Of a stretch of DNA of 16,454 bases, positions 1-8,500 are shown piece after piece. The notes beneath the pieces are model-generated. The model saw only the letters and a program-made list of their open reading frames with translations, did no database searches and had not been told where the DNA came from. This stretch comes from Promethearchaeota archaeon (GTDB lineage: Archaea; Asgardarchaeota; Lokiarchaeia; Sigyniarchaeales; SOKP01): positions 1-16,454 of the forward strand of contig JABCSY010000092.1 in NCBI GenBank assembly GCA_018238625.1, read 5' to 3'. A program made the translations under genes and the position numbers. Position 1 is the stretch's first letter; each line of letters starts with the position of its first letter.

Positions 1-246
1 ATTTTAAAAAATCTGAAAACTAAAAAGATTAGCGTATATGTAAGAAATTTAGGGCAATATAGTCAGTTTCGAGGTGTATTAAAAGAAGTTACAGAAGAAA
101 TTATTGTATTAATAGCAAGATATAATAAATTTATTTATATCCCTATATCAGAAATTGTGGTTGTTATAGAAAATGAAGTAAAATCAGAAACTCTAAAAGA
201 AAAATTAGCAAATCCCATTACAATAAGTTCTGTTGCTCAGAATTAA
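1..246 (+). CDS. Partial (5'-truncated) small protein, possibly Sm/LSm-like beta-barrel fold
   Basis: Frame +1 is open from base 1 to TAA at 244-246 and is absent from the ORF track because no start is visible. Translation: ILKNLKTKKISVYVRNLGQYSQFRGVLKEVTEEIIVLIARYNKFIYIPISEIVVVIENEVK... The pattern (helix, 'ISVYV', 'FRGVLKEV', 'IIVL', 'YIPISEIVVV') resembles Sm1/Sm2 strands. Confidence 0.55.
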   Translation: MLKNLKTKKISVYVRNLGQYSQFRGVLKEVTEEIIVLIARYNKFIYIPISEIVVVIENEVKSETLKEKLANPITISSVAQN

Positions 247-400
247 TTATTGAATAATTTTTTTAAAATTGTTTTTTACAAGCTATATCTACTTTTAACA
301 CAACTGTGGAATTCTCATGGTTTCCTTCTTGAAATTCGAATGTTTCCCCAAATATAAGAGTTAAGCAAGATTTAATTGTATATAAAATGTATTATAAACC

Positions 401-419
401 AAGAAAATGAAAATATGAA
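401..419 (+). repeat. 19-bp direct repeat, copy 1 (AAGAAAATGAAAATATGAA)
   Basis: Exact match to 2603-2621; the two copies flank the ATP-grasp and racemase gene pair. Confidence 0.8.
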
Positions 420-433
420 AAAATCTGATCAAG

Positions 434-1420
434 ATGACTAAGGAAAAAATAAAAATTTGCGTACTTGAGAAAAAGCGAGGAAATTTTTCAATACAAGAGA
501 AATTTGCTAAAAACGAAAATATTATCGATACAACTAATCAAGAAGTAGAACATCATTTAAGTGCTTTAAATGAAGCGGGTTATGATGTAAAAATATTAAA
601 ATGGAATGACAATATAATTTCTGATTTAAAAAGTCTTGACATTGATATCGTATTTAATGTATCCAGCATTGTTGAAACAGCTATTTTAGAAGAATTAGAG
701 ATACCTTATGTAGGGTCTGATATTTTTGGATGCGTTATAGCAACCGATAAGGTTCTTACTAAAGACTTGTGGTTTAAAAAAGGATTACCAACATCACCTT
801 ATATTTTAGCAAGATCAAAAGAGGATTGTGAAATTTTTAAGAAAAACAAGCCATTTGATTATCCTTTATTTATAAAACCCTCTCAAGGGAGAGGAAGTTC
901 TGGAATCGATGAATCCTCACTTATCTGTTCATATAACGAATTAATTAAAGGAGTTGAAAAAAGATTAAACACAATAAATCAACCTGTTCTTATTGAAAAA
1001 TTTTTAAAAGGTAGGGAAATAACATGTGGAATTATTGGTAATGGAAATCAGATTAAAGCCTTACCTTTATTAGAAATAATACACAAGGAAAAGGAAAAAT
1101 TCTTGACATTTAATAAAAAAGAGTTAGATGACGATCAATTCCAATGCCCTGCAAAATTAACTCCGAAACAGTCTAAAGAATTACAGAAATTAGCTATTTC
1201 AGCATTTCAAGCGATAAATCTTAGAGATTATGGTCGTGTAGACATGATCTTATCAGAAGAAGGTCCTTTTTTATTAGAAATAAATTGTTTTGCAGGATTA
1301 ATGTGTACACCAAAAGATAAACCTCATAGTTACATGGGCTTTATGGCAATTGCAGAAAACAAAAAAAGTAGTGAATTCTTAGATGAAATTATAAAAGAAG
1401 CATTAAAAAGAATTGGATAA
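434..1420 (+). CDS. D-alanine--D-alanine ligase-like ATP-grasp enzyme
   Basis: Motifs LEELEIPYVGSD, DKVLTK, YPLFIKPSQGRGSSGI, LIEKFLKGREITCGIIGN, RDYGRVDM and LLEINCFAG are typical of the Ddl/ATP-grasp family. The canonical Ddl N-terminal GGxSxE and LHG motifs are missing, so the substrate is uncertain. Confidence 0.85.
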   Translation: MTKEKIKICVLEKKRGNFSIQEKFAKNENIIDTTNQEVEHHLSALNEAGYDVKILKWNDNIISDLKSLDIDIVFNVSSIVETAILEELEIPYVGSDIFGCVIATDKVLTKDLWFKKGLPTSPYILARSKEDCEIFKKNKPFDYPLFIKPSQGRGSSGIDESSLICSYNELIKGVEKRLNTINQPVLIEKFLKGREITCGIIGNGNQIKALPLLEIIHKEKEKFLTFNKKELDDDQFQCPAKLTPKQSKELQKLAISAFQAINLRDYGRVDMILSEEGPFLLEINCFAGLMCTPKDKPHSYMGFMAIAENKKSSEFLDEIIKEALKRIG

Positions 1421-1462
1421 CTTTCGTTCAAACTAAAAACAAATTGTATTATGTGAATTAAA

Positions 1463-2548
1463 ATGCCAATACTTGAAATAAATTTGAGAAAAATTAGACA
1501 TAACGCAAAATTATTAAAGAATCTTTTAACTCAGCGAAATGTATCTATTATTGGGATTACAAAACTTGTCTTAGGAAACCCTACTATTGCAATGACGTTG
1601 GTTCAAGGAGGAATAGAGTATTTAGGAGATTCACGAATTAACAATATTATTAAAATGAAAAAAAATAATATTAGAGCTCAATTTGTTTTAATTCGTATTC
1701 CAAGCATTACTGAAATTCCTCTTGTTGTTAAATACGCAAATTATAGCCTAAATTCAGAATTAAAGACCATAAGAATGCTTTCAAATGAAGCCGTTAAACA
1801 AAAAAAGATACATAATATAATTCTAATGGTAGATATGGGAGATTTAAGAGAAGGAATAAATATATTCAATATTGAATTTTTTGTCGAAGAGATTTTAAAA
1901 CTAAAAAATATAAATTTAAGTGGAATTGGTACAAATTTAAAATGTTTTGGTGGTATCATCCCGACAGATGAAAATATGAATGAATTTTCAAAATTAGTCT
2001 TTAGGATCAAGGATAAATTTGAATTGGAATTAGAATTTGTTTCAGGAGGAAATTCTGCAAATTTTAACTGGTTTAAATCGTGTAAAAACATTGGTGAAAT
2101 AAATAATTTTAGAATTGGGGAAGCCATGTTTCTAGGAAAAGAAACGATAAATTATGAACCAATTCCAAATCTATATACAGACGCTTTTAAGTTAATAACA
2201 GAGATTGTTGAGTTAAAACAAAGATCTGTAATCCCCAAAGGGATTATTGTATCAAATGCATTTGGGGAACGTGTCCAAACTTACCATAAAAAAATTAACA
2301 ACGGTAAAAAAAACGATATAATTAGAACACAAGCACTTTTAAATATAGGTAGACAAGATATTGCAGTAAAAGGATTAAATCCGAAAGAAAGTATTAATAT
2401 TCTTGGAGCTTCAAGCGACTACTTAGTTGTAGATATAAGAGATAATCAATTTCAGATTGGACAAAAATTGCATTTTGATTTAAATTATGAAGCTCTTTTA
2501 AGAGCAATGACTAGTCCCTATATCCATAAGAAATTTATCGATATTTAA
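1463..2548 (+). CDS. Alanine/ornithine racemase-family PLP-dependent enzyme (fold type III, Orr/YhfX-like)
   Basis: PLP lysine in GITKLVLG, plus GDSRI, MVDMGDLREG, GTNLKCFGG, SGGNS, FRIGEA, GRQD and GASSDY motifs characteristic of the clostridial ornithine racemase-like subfamily. Confidence 0.88.
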   Translation: MPILEINLRKIRHNAKLLKNLLTQRNVSIIGITKLVLGNPTIAMTLVQGGIEYLGDSRINNIIKMKKNNIRAQFVLIRIPSITEIPLVVKYANYSLNSELKTIRMLSNEAVKQKKIHNIILMVDMGDLREGINIFNIEFFVEEILKLKNINLSGIGTNLKCFGGIIPTDENMNEFSKLVFRIKDKFELELEFVSGGNSANFNWFKSCKNIGEINNFRIGEAMFLGKETINYEPIPNLYTDAFKLITEIVELKQRSVIPKGIIVSNAFGERVQTYHKKINNGKKNDIIRTQALLNIGRQDIAVKGLNPKESINILGASSDYLVVDIRDNQFQIGQKLHFDLNYEALLRAMTSPYIHKKFIDI

Positions 2549-2602
2549 ATTTCCATGGGTTTATGATTTTATTCTGAATGGTAACGAGACACATTTTAAA
2601 AG

Positions 2603-2621
2603 AAGAAAATGAAAATATGAA
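2603..2621 (+). repeat. 19-bp direct repeat, copy 2 (AAGAAAATGAAAATATGAA)
   Basis: Exact match to 401-419, followed by a T10 tract. Confidence 0.8.
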
Positions 2622-2631
2622 TTTTTTTTTT
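2622..2631 (+). terminator. Possible archaeal oligo-T terminator
   Basis: Run of 10 T about 75 nt downstream of the racemase stop. Oligo-T termination is established in archaea, but T runs are common in this AT-rich DNA. Confidence 0.3.
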
Positions 2632-2977
2632 AATTATAGTAAGGATAATTTTTAATTTATTACAAAAAGTTCTAAAAAACATCTATATAATTGTAGAATT
2701 AAAATTTGCCTCTTAACCTACTTAAATGACGCAAAATTTTAAATAAAATGATTGATATAATAAGATAGGAAGAATTTTGCATTGAAGCTTAAAACGGTAT
2801 TAATTATCTAAATATTAGAATATATTTTTGTATCCAATAAATTAGGGATATAACTTGAGCAACTGGTTATTTATTGTTATTATTCTATAGGATTTTAATA
2901 ATCACTACTCTGCTATCCAGTAAGTTTCTTTAATGCTTATTTCAAATATTGTTTGAAGGGTGTTTTATTCAATAAAG

Positions 2978-4714
2978 ATGACTGATACTTATTTAGAGAA
3001 AGAAAAAAATAAAAGAATTTTAACAGCATGTATAGGACAATGCGTACATGTAGCTGGTACATATAATTTCATTCAAATTTCAAAACAATTAGGTTATAAT
3101 AATCTATTTTTAGGACCTGCTACCTCTATTTCATTTGTTATCGATCAAATTAAAAAGTATGACCCTAACATTGTAGGGCTAAGTTATCGTTTAACGGCAG
3201 ACACTGTTAGACCTTTACTAAATGAATTTTTCAAAAGTTTTTTAAAATTAGAAAAAAAACCAAAAAAATTATTTTTTGCTGGAACACCTGAAGTAGTTGA
3301 TATTGCAAGAAAATATGAAGGATTCGATGAATATTTTGTGGGAGGGGAATCAAAATTTGAATTAATTTCTATCTTGAGAAATGAGAAAGAAAAATCAGGA
3401 AGTAAAACAGAAATCCCTATGGACATTATTTCTCGAATACAATGGAAGAAACCTTATCCTATAATTAGAGCGCACTTTGGATTACCTAATTTCAATGAAA
3501 CAATAGAAGGAATAAAAAAGATTGCTAAAGCTAAAGTCTTAGATGTTATTTCAATTGCGCCCGATCAAAATACGCAAGCAAATTACTTCCACCCTGAAAA
3601 TCAAGATAAAGAATTATCTGGAGCGGGCGGGGTTCCTTTACGCACTCAGCAAGATTTCGAAAAGCTCCATCAAGCAAGATTAACCGGAAACTATCCGCTG
3701 TTAAGGATATATGCTGGAACACGCGATTTCATTAAATTAGGAAAATTGCATCGAGATACAATTCAAAATGCTTGGGCGGCAATTCCTATTTTTTGGTTTA
3801 ATCAAATGGATAGAAGGGGCCCTTTAACTTTAAAAGAATCGATTAAACAGCATCTAAACGCAATAAAGTGGTACGGAAAGCATAATATTCCCGTTGAAAT
3901 AAACGATCCACATCATTGGAGCCTTCGAGATGCTCCTGATGCAATAGCAGTTGCTGATATGTATTTATGTGGAATTATTGCCAAAAAATTAGGCGTCAAA
4001 AATTTTATAGCACAGTATATGTTTAATACACCTCCATCAAGTTCACTTGATATGGACTTAGCAAAAATTCTCGCTAAAGATGAGTTACTTCAAACGCTAG
4101 CCAATGAGAACTTTACGATAATTAAGCAAGTTCGGACGGGAATAGCAAGTTTCCCATTAGATTTGGATAAAGCAAAAGGACAACTTGCTACAGCAACATT
4201 TGTTCAATTAACTATTAGACCAGACATTGTTCATGTAGTTAGTTCTTCTGAAGCCAGTCATGCGGCTCGTCCAGAAAATGTAATAGAAAGTTGTAAAATA
4301 GTGGATCAAGTAATAGATAAAGTTTATTCTAGCAAAATTAATATAATAGATAATAATATTGAGGAAAGGAAAGAAGAATTAATAAGACAAGCCAAATGGA
4401 TAGTTGACTTTATACCACATTTAGCAAAAAATGAAGATGAATCGAAAAGTCCATATACCAATTATGAAGTATTAAGTCGACTCGTAAAATATGGTATATT
4501 TGATGCTCCACATTTGAAAAACAATAATTTTTCGTTGGGTAGAATTAAAACCAAAGTAATTAATGGTGCTTGCTATTCATGGAATGAACCTCAGCAGAAA
4601 ATTTACGATGAAATTGAAAGAATAAAAGACATTATTTTTAATAGCCCATTTAAAAATCTTTCTGATTCATTACAACAAAAAGAAAAATCCATCACAAAGG
4701 TGATGGATGAATGA
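2978..4714 (+). CDS. Cobalamin (B12)-binding domain protein fused to a mutase-like TIM barrel (function unknown)
   Basis: N-terminal GQCVHVAG (variant of the DxHxxG base-off motif), FLG, VGLSY and FAG elements of the B12-binding Rossmann domain. The C-terminal region (IIRAHFGLP, PDIVHVVS, GIFDAPHL) is reminiscent of glutamate mutase E-type barrels. ATG at 2978 is preferred over the track's GTG at 2960. Confidence 0.75.
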   Translation: MTDTYLEKEKNKRILTACIGQCVHVAGTYNFIQISKQLGYNNLFLGPATSISFVIDQIKKYDPNIVGLSYRLTADTVRPLLNEFFKSFLKLEKKPKKLFFAGTPEVVDIARKYEGFDEYFVGGESKFELISILRNEKEKSGSKTEIPMDIISRIQWKKPYPIIRAHFGLPNFNETIEGIKKIAKAKVLDVISIAPDQNTQANYFHPENQDKELSGAGGVPLRTQQDFEKLHQARLTGNYPLLRIYAGTRDFIKLGKLHRDTIQNAWAAIPIFWFNQMDRRGPLTLKESIKQHLNAIKWYGKHNIPVEINDPHHWSLRDAPDAIAVADMYLCGIIAKKLGVKNFIAQYMFNTPPSSSLDMDLAKILAKDELLQTLANENFTIIKQVRTGIASFPLDLDKAKGQLATATFVQLTIRPDIVHVVSSSEASHAARPENVIESCKIVDQVIDKVYSSKINIIDNNIEERKEELIRQAKWIVDFIPHLAKNEDESKSPYTNYEVLSRLVKYGIFDAPHLKNNNFSLGRIKTKVINGACYSWNEPQQKIYDEIERIKDIIFNSPFKNLSDSLQQKEKSITKVMDE

Positions 4715-5817
4715 GATTCTGTATTATTGGAGCAGGAAATGGTGGCCGAGCGTTTGCGGCATATTTATCATCAAAAGGACATTGTGTGAACCTTTATAAC
4801 CGTTCATTTTCTAGAATTTGTGATATTAAAAAGAAAGGAGGAATAAAAGTAAAAGGGAAGTTAAAAGGCTTTTTCCCAATTGATCTAATTACACAAAATC
4901 TAAATTTAGCAGTTAAGGATGCAGATATTATTTTAATAGTAACTCCTGCTTCAGCACATAAAAGTATTGCAAAAAACATTGCACATCTTTTAACAAACGA
5001 CCAGATAATATTGTTGAGTCCAGGTAGAACTTTTGGAGCTGTAGAGGTTAGAAGTATAATAGAAAAGGAAAGAGGGAATCTCCCTATTTTTGTTGCTGAA
5101 ACCCAAACTTTACTTTTTACAGCAAGACAATTGAAAAAAAATCAGGTTCAAATTCTTACAATTAAGGATTCTGTTGATTTTTCGGCTTTTCCAGAGAAGG
5201 ATACGTTTTTCATCAGTGATACATTGAGAGATGTTTTTCCCCAAATGAATCCTAGTGATAATTATCTGCAAGTTACACTAAATAATATAGGGATGTTATT
5301 GCATCCAACTATCTCATTATTGAATGCTAGTGCTATGGATTATGGAAGAAAGTTCAATTTTTATGCACAAGGGGCATCTTTACATACTTGTGAAATTCTT
5401 GAGACTCTTCAAATGGAATTCAGAAAGATTTTTGAAAAGTTAAATTTAAAGCGAATAAATTTTTGTGAATGGGTGGAGAAATCTTATGGATTTAAAGCAA
5501 ACAGTATCTATAAAGCTATTCAAAAAATTAAAGCATATAAAAATATTGTTGCTCCAAAAGAATTAATAACTAGATATTTCACTGAAGATGTTCCAACTGG
5601 ACTTGTACCAATGGCGTCATTAGGAGAATTCTTAGAAATTTCTACACCTATAATTGATTCTATTATAAATTTATCTTCGATTTTATGTGGAATTGATTTT
5701 AAAAAAGAGGGAAGAAACATTATGAACTTAAAATTGGTTGACTATATAACGAAACAAATGAAAGGAGAAGATTTGTTTGAAGTAAAAAAAAGTTCAAAAG
5801 CACAAATCAGTACTTAA
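4711..5817 (+). CDS. NAD/NADP octopine/nopaline (opine) dehydrogenase family protein
   Basis: IIGAGNGG Rossmann motif, LYNRS, PGRTFGA, ETQTLLF, NNIGMLLHP and RYFTEDVPTGLVP. ATGA overlap with the upstream gene, and an AGGTGA Shine-Dalgarno at 4698-4703. Confidence 0.9.
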   Translation: MRFCIIGAGNGGRAFAAYLSSKGHCVNLYNRSFSRICDIKKKGGIKVKGKLKGFFPIDLITQNLNLAVKDADIILIVTPASAHKSIAKNIAHLLTNDQIILLSPGRTFGAVEVRSIIEKERGNLPIFVAETQTLLFTARQLKKNQVQILTIKDSVDFSAFPEKDTFFISDTLRDVFPQMNPSDNYLQVTLNNIGMLLHPTISLLNASAMDYGRKFNFYAQGASLHTCEILETLQMEFRKIFEKLNLKRINFCEWVEKSYGFKANSIYKAIQKIKAYKNIVAPKELITRYFTEDVPTGLVPMASLGEFLEISTPIIDSIINLSSILCGIDFKKEGRNIMNLKLVDYITKQMKGEDLFEVKKSSKAQIST

Positions 5818-5899
5818 ATTTGTTTTACTTTATGATAATATTATTAATCTTCAATTTCTTCCAAATTAAGGAGTTATATCAAGAATCTTTATTTTTTAA

Positions 5900-7255
5900 T
5901 TATTTAAACATTTCCATGAAAGCCCCGAGCCTAGTTTTGACCTGTTCGACATTTTCGCCGATTTTATTAAATGTGATTGCTGTTGTGGGAATTTCAAGTT
6001 CTCGACGCACTTTCTCTCTCAGCATTGTATAACAATTTGAAATAGAATGACATCCAAACAATTGAATAAATATAAGACCATCGGCATTTAATTTTTTAGC
6101 CACTCTCAAATATGAGTCAGTTAATGTGTCGTTATCGCACCCAATCCCTGATTCTGTTGCATTTAAAAGAAATCGAGCGTATTCTTCGACAGGATTTAAA
6201 TGATTAGCCACAGGTATTTCCTCTAATAATTTTAATATTTCCCAGTCAGCATAAATCGCTCTCCCGCCTAGTTCATATATAATATCGTGGGTTTTTGGTT
6301 CCCATCCTCCGAATATGGGCGTTACAAAAATACGCGGCATTTTAGACACGTCCATTCCAATTCCCTTTCTTATTCTTTCCCGCATTTCGTCTACAAGTGA
6401 AATTAAATTATCCCTGTATCGTATCGAATTAGAGTTATAATCATTAAAGGTAATATTCAGTAAAGACATAATTTCGCTAAATGTTGCTGGATTGCACGGA
6501 TAAAAATCAGAAGCGCTAATATCGTAGATTATTGTTTTATATGATTTTTTTACTTGATTACTAATTTTAAAATGCTCTCTCAATTGATTATCTGTAATCG
6601 TATTGCCAGTTAAATTCTCAAATTCTCTTATGGCGTTTGATATATTATCAGTTAAAATTTCTAAAGCATTTCCAATATTTCTTGGGGGAATATCGATCCA
6701 AATTTGCTTGGGATCTTTATTAATTGAATTTAAGGATTCCATATATTTATTAAAAGCGCTACATCGAATCGTAAGGTTAAGACATGCGTCTAAATTACGC
6801 CCTTTGGAAAAATGCATACCCGTTAAACCTTTTAGACCATAACAGAAGTCGCTTGAGGTGCCATTCTCAATTGCAATATCATACATTTTGTTGTACTTCT
6901 TATTAATGGTATCAATTACATCCTCAATAATATCATCAACAATTTCACTGATTTCAGATATTCCAAGATTTTTAACAAAATTTAAGATGTTAGAAACATT
7001 GTTCCAGCCAAAAAAACTAGATGCTGAACCTAAGTATGTGAGGTAATTACTTATTTTAAAACTGTGCATCCTTATCGGAAATACAGGCACAGCTCCTGCT
7101 GCGAAAGCTAGATCTGAAAATGGTAAGGATACTCCAACCAGCTTTTTTTTTTCTCGGAACTTTTTCCTTTTGAGGTAATTATGACCTGCTAAAAGATTGT
7201 AAGAAATTTTTAGTACAGAACTAAAAGTTATTATTTCGTCGGCAATTAAACTCAT
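5900..7255 (-). CDS. 2-hydroxyacyl-CoA dehydratase subunit (HgdA/B, FldB/C, BcrB/C family)
   Basis: AAGAVPV, Fe-S cysteines in SSDFCYG, TIRCSAFNK and LFGCHS, and C-terminal QVKTRLGAFMEM family signature. ATGA overlap with the upstream subunit gene. Confidence 0.88.
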   Translation of the reverse strand: MSLIADEIITFSSVLKISYNLLAGHNYLKRKKFREKKKLVGVSLPFSDLAFAAGAVPVFPIRMHSFKISNYLTYLGSASSFFGWNNVSNILNFVKNLGISEISEIVDDIIEDVIDTINKKYNKMYDIAIENGTSSDFCYGLKGLTGMHFSKGRNLDACLNLTIRCSAFNKYMESLNSINKDPKQIWIDIPPRNIGNALEILTDNISNAIREFENLTGNTITDNQLREHFKISNQVKKSYKTIIYDISASDFYPCNPATFSEIMSLLNITFNDYNSNSIRYRDNLISLVDEMRERIRKGIGMDVSKMPRIFVTPIFGGWEPKTHDIIYELGGRAIYADWEILKLLEEIPVANHLNPVEEYARFLLNATESGIGCDNDTLTDSYLRVAKKLNADGLIFIQLFGCHSISNCYTMLREKVRRELEIPTTAITFNKIGENVEQVKTRLGAFMEMFK

Positions 7256-8391
7256 TTCATCATCTCCAAATACGCTTCTATTCTTGTTGAGAGTTGTCCT
7301 CGATTAGCTCGAGAATAATCTCTCTCTAAATTCAATACTTGTATTCCTTTTTCTTGTAACTCATTTTTCAAGAAAGAAGACATTAACGATATGTGGTCGC
7401 AAAATTTAATAACGTGATTGAATACACCTAATTTTTTACCAGTTTTTTTTGTATAGTTAATAGAATAATTTTCAATCAAAGATACTTTTTGTTGCAAGAA
7501 GTTAGGTACTGAATGGTCTCCATACGTGTTATTTTTAAATCTCAGCACCAATAAATCTAAAGGATTTTTTTTTGAATTTATCGAGTCGTCATCTATAACT
7601 TGTGAATAATAGTGATTTCCAATCCATGTATCGAAATAAACGATATTTCCCCCTCCTTCTTCGATTAAATCAACTAAGTTATCGTTAATGAAGATCGAAC
7701 ATCCTGTAAATAAAAGATCTTTAGATAAACCAAGGTTTTGAGGTGGAAGGGTTTTAACTTCTTCAATGTATTTCTCTAAATCAGGTTGGAATGTTGGACC
7801 GTATAATATTGCTTTTTGAATTATTTTTAATTTTTCTGAACCCAAAATCTCTAAATCATTAACTTGCGATATTTTTTTTTTGAAATCGTTATACTTCTTA
7901 ATACTCTCAGATAATTTTTCGTCAGAAATCTTTTCTCCAATGATATCTTCAAGCTTCTCCTTTAAATTTTGTAGTTCTAACTTGAAATATTTTAAACTAC
8001 TTTCATCCGTCATATACGGTACGTAAAAATTCAAACGAGAGATGTTAAAATATTTAGTAATTATTTCTGAAGCACAAACATCTGATACGCAGTGGTTTGA
8101 AACAATAAAATAATCCACCAAATCTAAAAAACTGAAGTTATTTGGTTTAGTAGAAAATAATCCAATACACGATTGAGCAAAGGCACATGTAGATGGAGGT
8201 AAAAAATCGTGACTAGCCTCCATTAATTCGTCATTCCCTCCAAACATCATCCTTAAAGGAAAGAAACCCGCTGCATCTATCAGCTCTTCGGGGATATTAT
8301 CATGAGCCAAAAAAGCAATAATTTTAACACCTTCTTGCTTTTTTTCTTTAAGAAATAACGAAAAATCTGGGAGCAGAATGGGATCTAACAT
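7252..8391 (-). CDS. 2-hydroxyacyl-CoA dehydratase subunit (HgdB/FldC-like)
   Basis: IPEELIDAAGFFP, PSTCAFAQS, NHCVSD, IKFCDH and LERDY...GQLSTRIEAYLEM motifs. Confidence 0.9.
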   Translation of the reverse strand: MLDPILLPDFSLFLKEKKQEGVKIIAFLAHDNIPEELIDAAGFFPLRMMFGGNDELMEASHDFLPPSTCAFAQSCIGLFSTKPNNFSFLDLVDYFIVSNHCVSDVCASEIITKYFNISRLNFYVPYMTDESSLKYFKLELQNLKEKLEDIIGEKISDEKLSESIKKYNDFKKKISQVNDLEILGSEKLKIIQKAILYGPTFQPDLEKYIEEVKTLPPQNLGLSKDLLFTGCSIFINDNLVDLIEEGGGNIVYFDTWIGNHYYSQVIDDDSINSKKNPLDLLVLRFKNNTYGDHSVPNFLQQKVSLIENYSINYTKKTGKKLGVFNHVIKFCDHISLMSSFLKNELQEKGIQVLNLERDYSRANRGQLSTRIEAYLEMMK

Positions 8392-8500
8392 AATAATAGC
8401 TTGATAAGTATGAAATTATCTATGTAAAAAGATTTAATTCCTTAAAAAGGAATTCCTATTAAAAATATAGATAAAAATATTAAAATTAGCTGAAATAAAA

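Noticed and set aside
263-391. Short minus-strand open frame (...LIFGETFEFQEGNHENSTVVLKVDIACKKQF) in the first intergenic gap
   Set aside because: About 42 codons with no ATG, GTG or TTG start and no recognisable similarity. It could be a gene remnant but this is unsupported.
1741-2127. 128-aa antisense ORF, and similar short ORFs at 3184-3426, 4794-4979 and 5520-5720
   Set aside because: These are shadows on the opposite strand of well-supported genes and have no recognisable motifs.
2549-2977. Cobalamin riboswitch, tRNA or CRISPR array in the long intergenic region
   Set aside because: No B12-box or conserved riboswitch core, no cloverleaf and no regularly spaced repeats are visible.
5820-7046. 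Short plus-strand ORFs 5820-6032, 6603-6842 and 6858-7046 (also 9497-9712 and 10702-10902)
   Set aside because: They are antisense overlaps of the dehydratase or VIT genes and have no family motifs.
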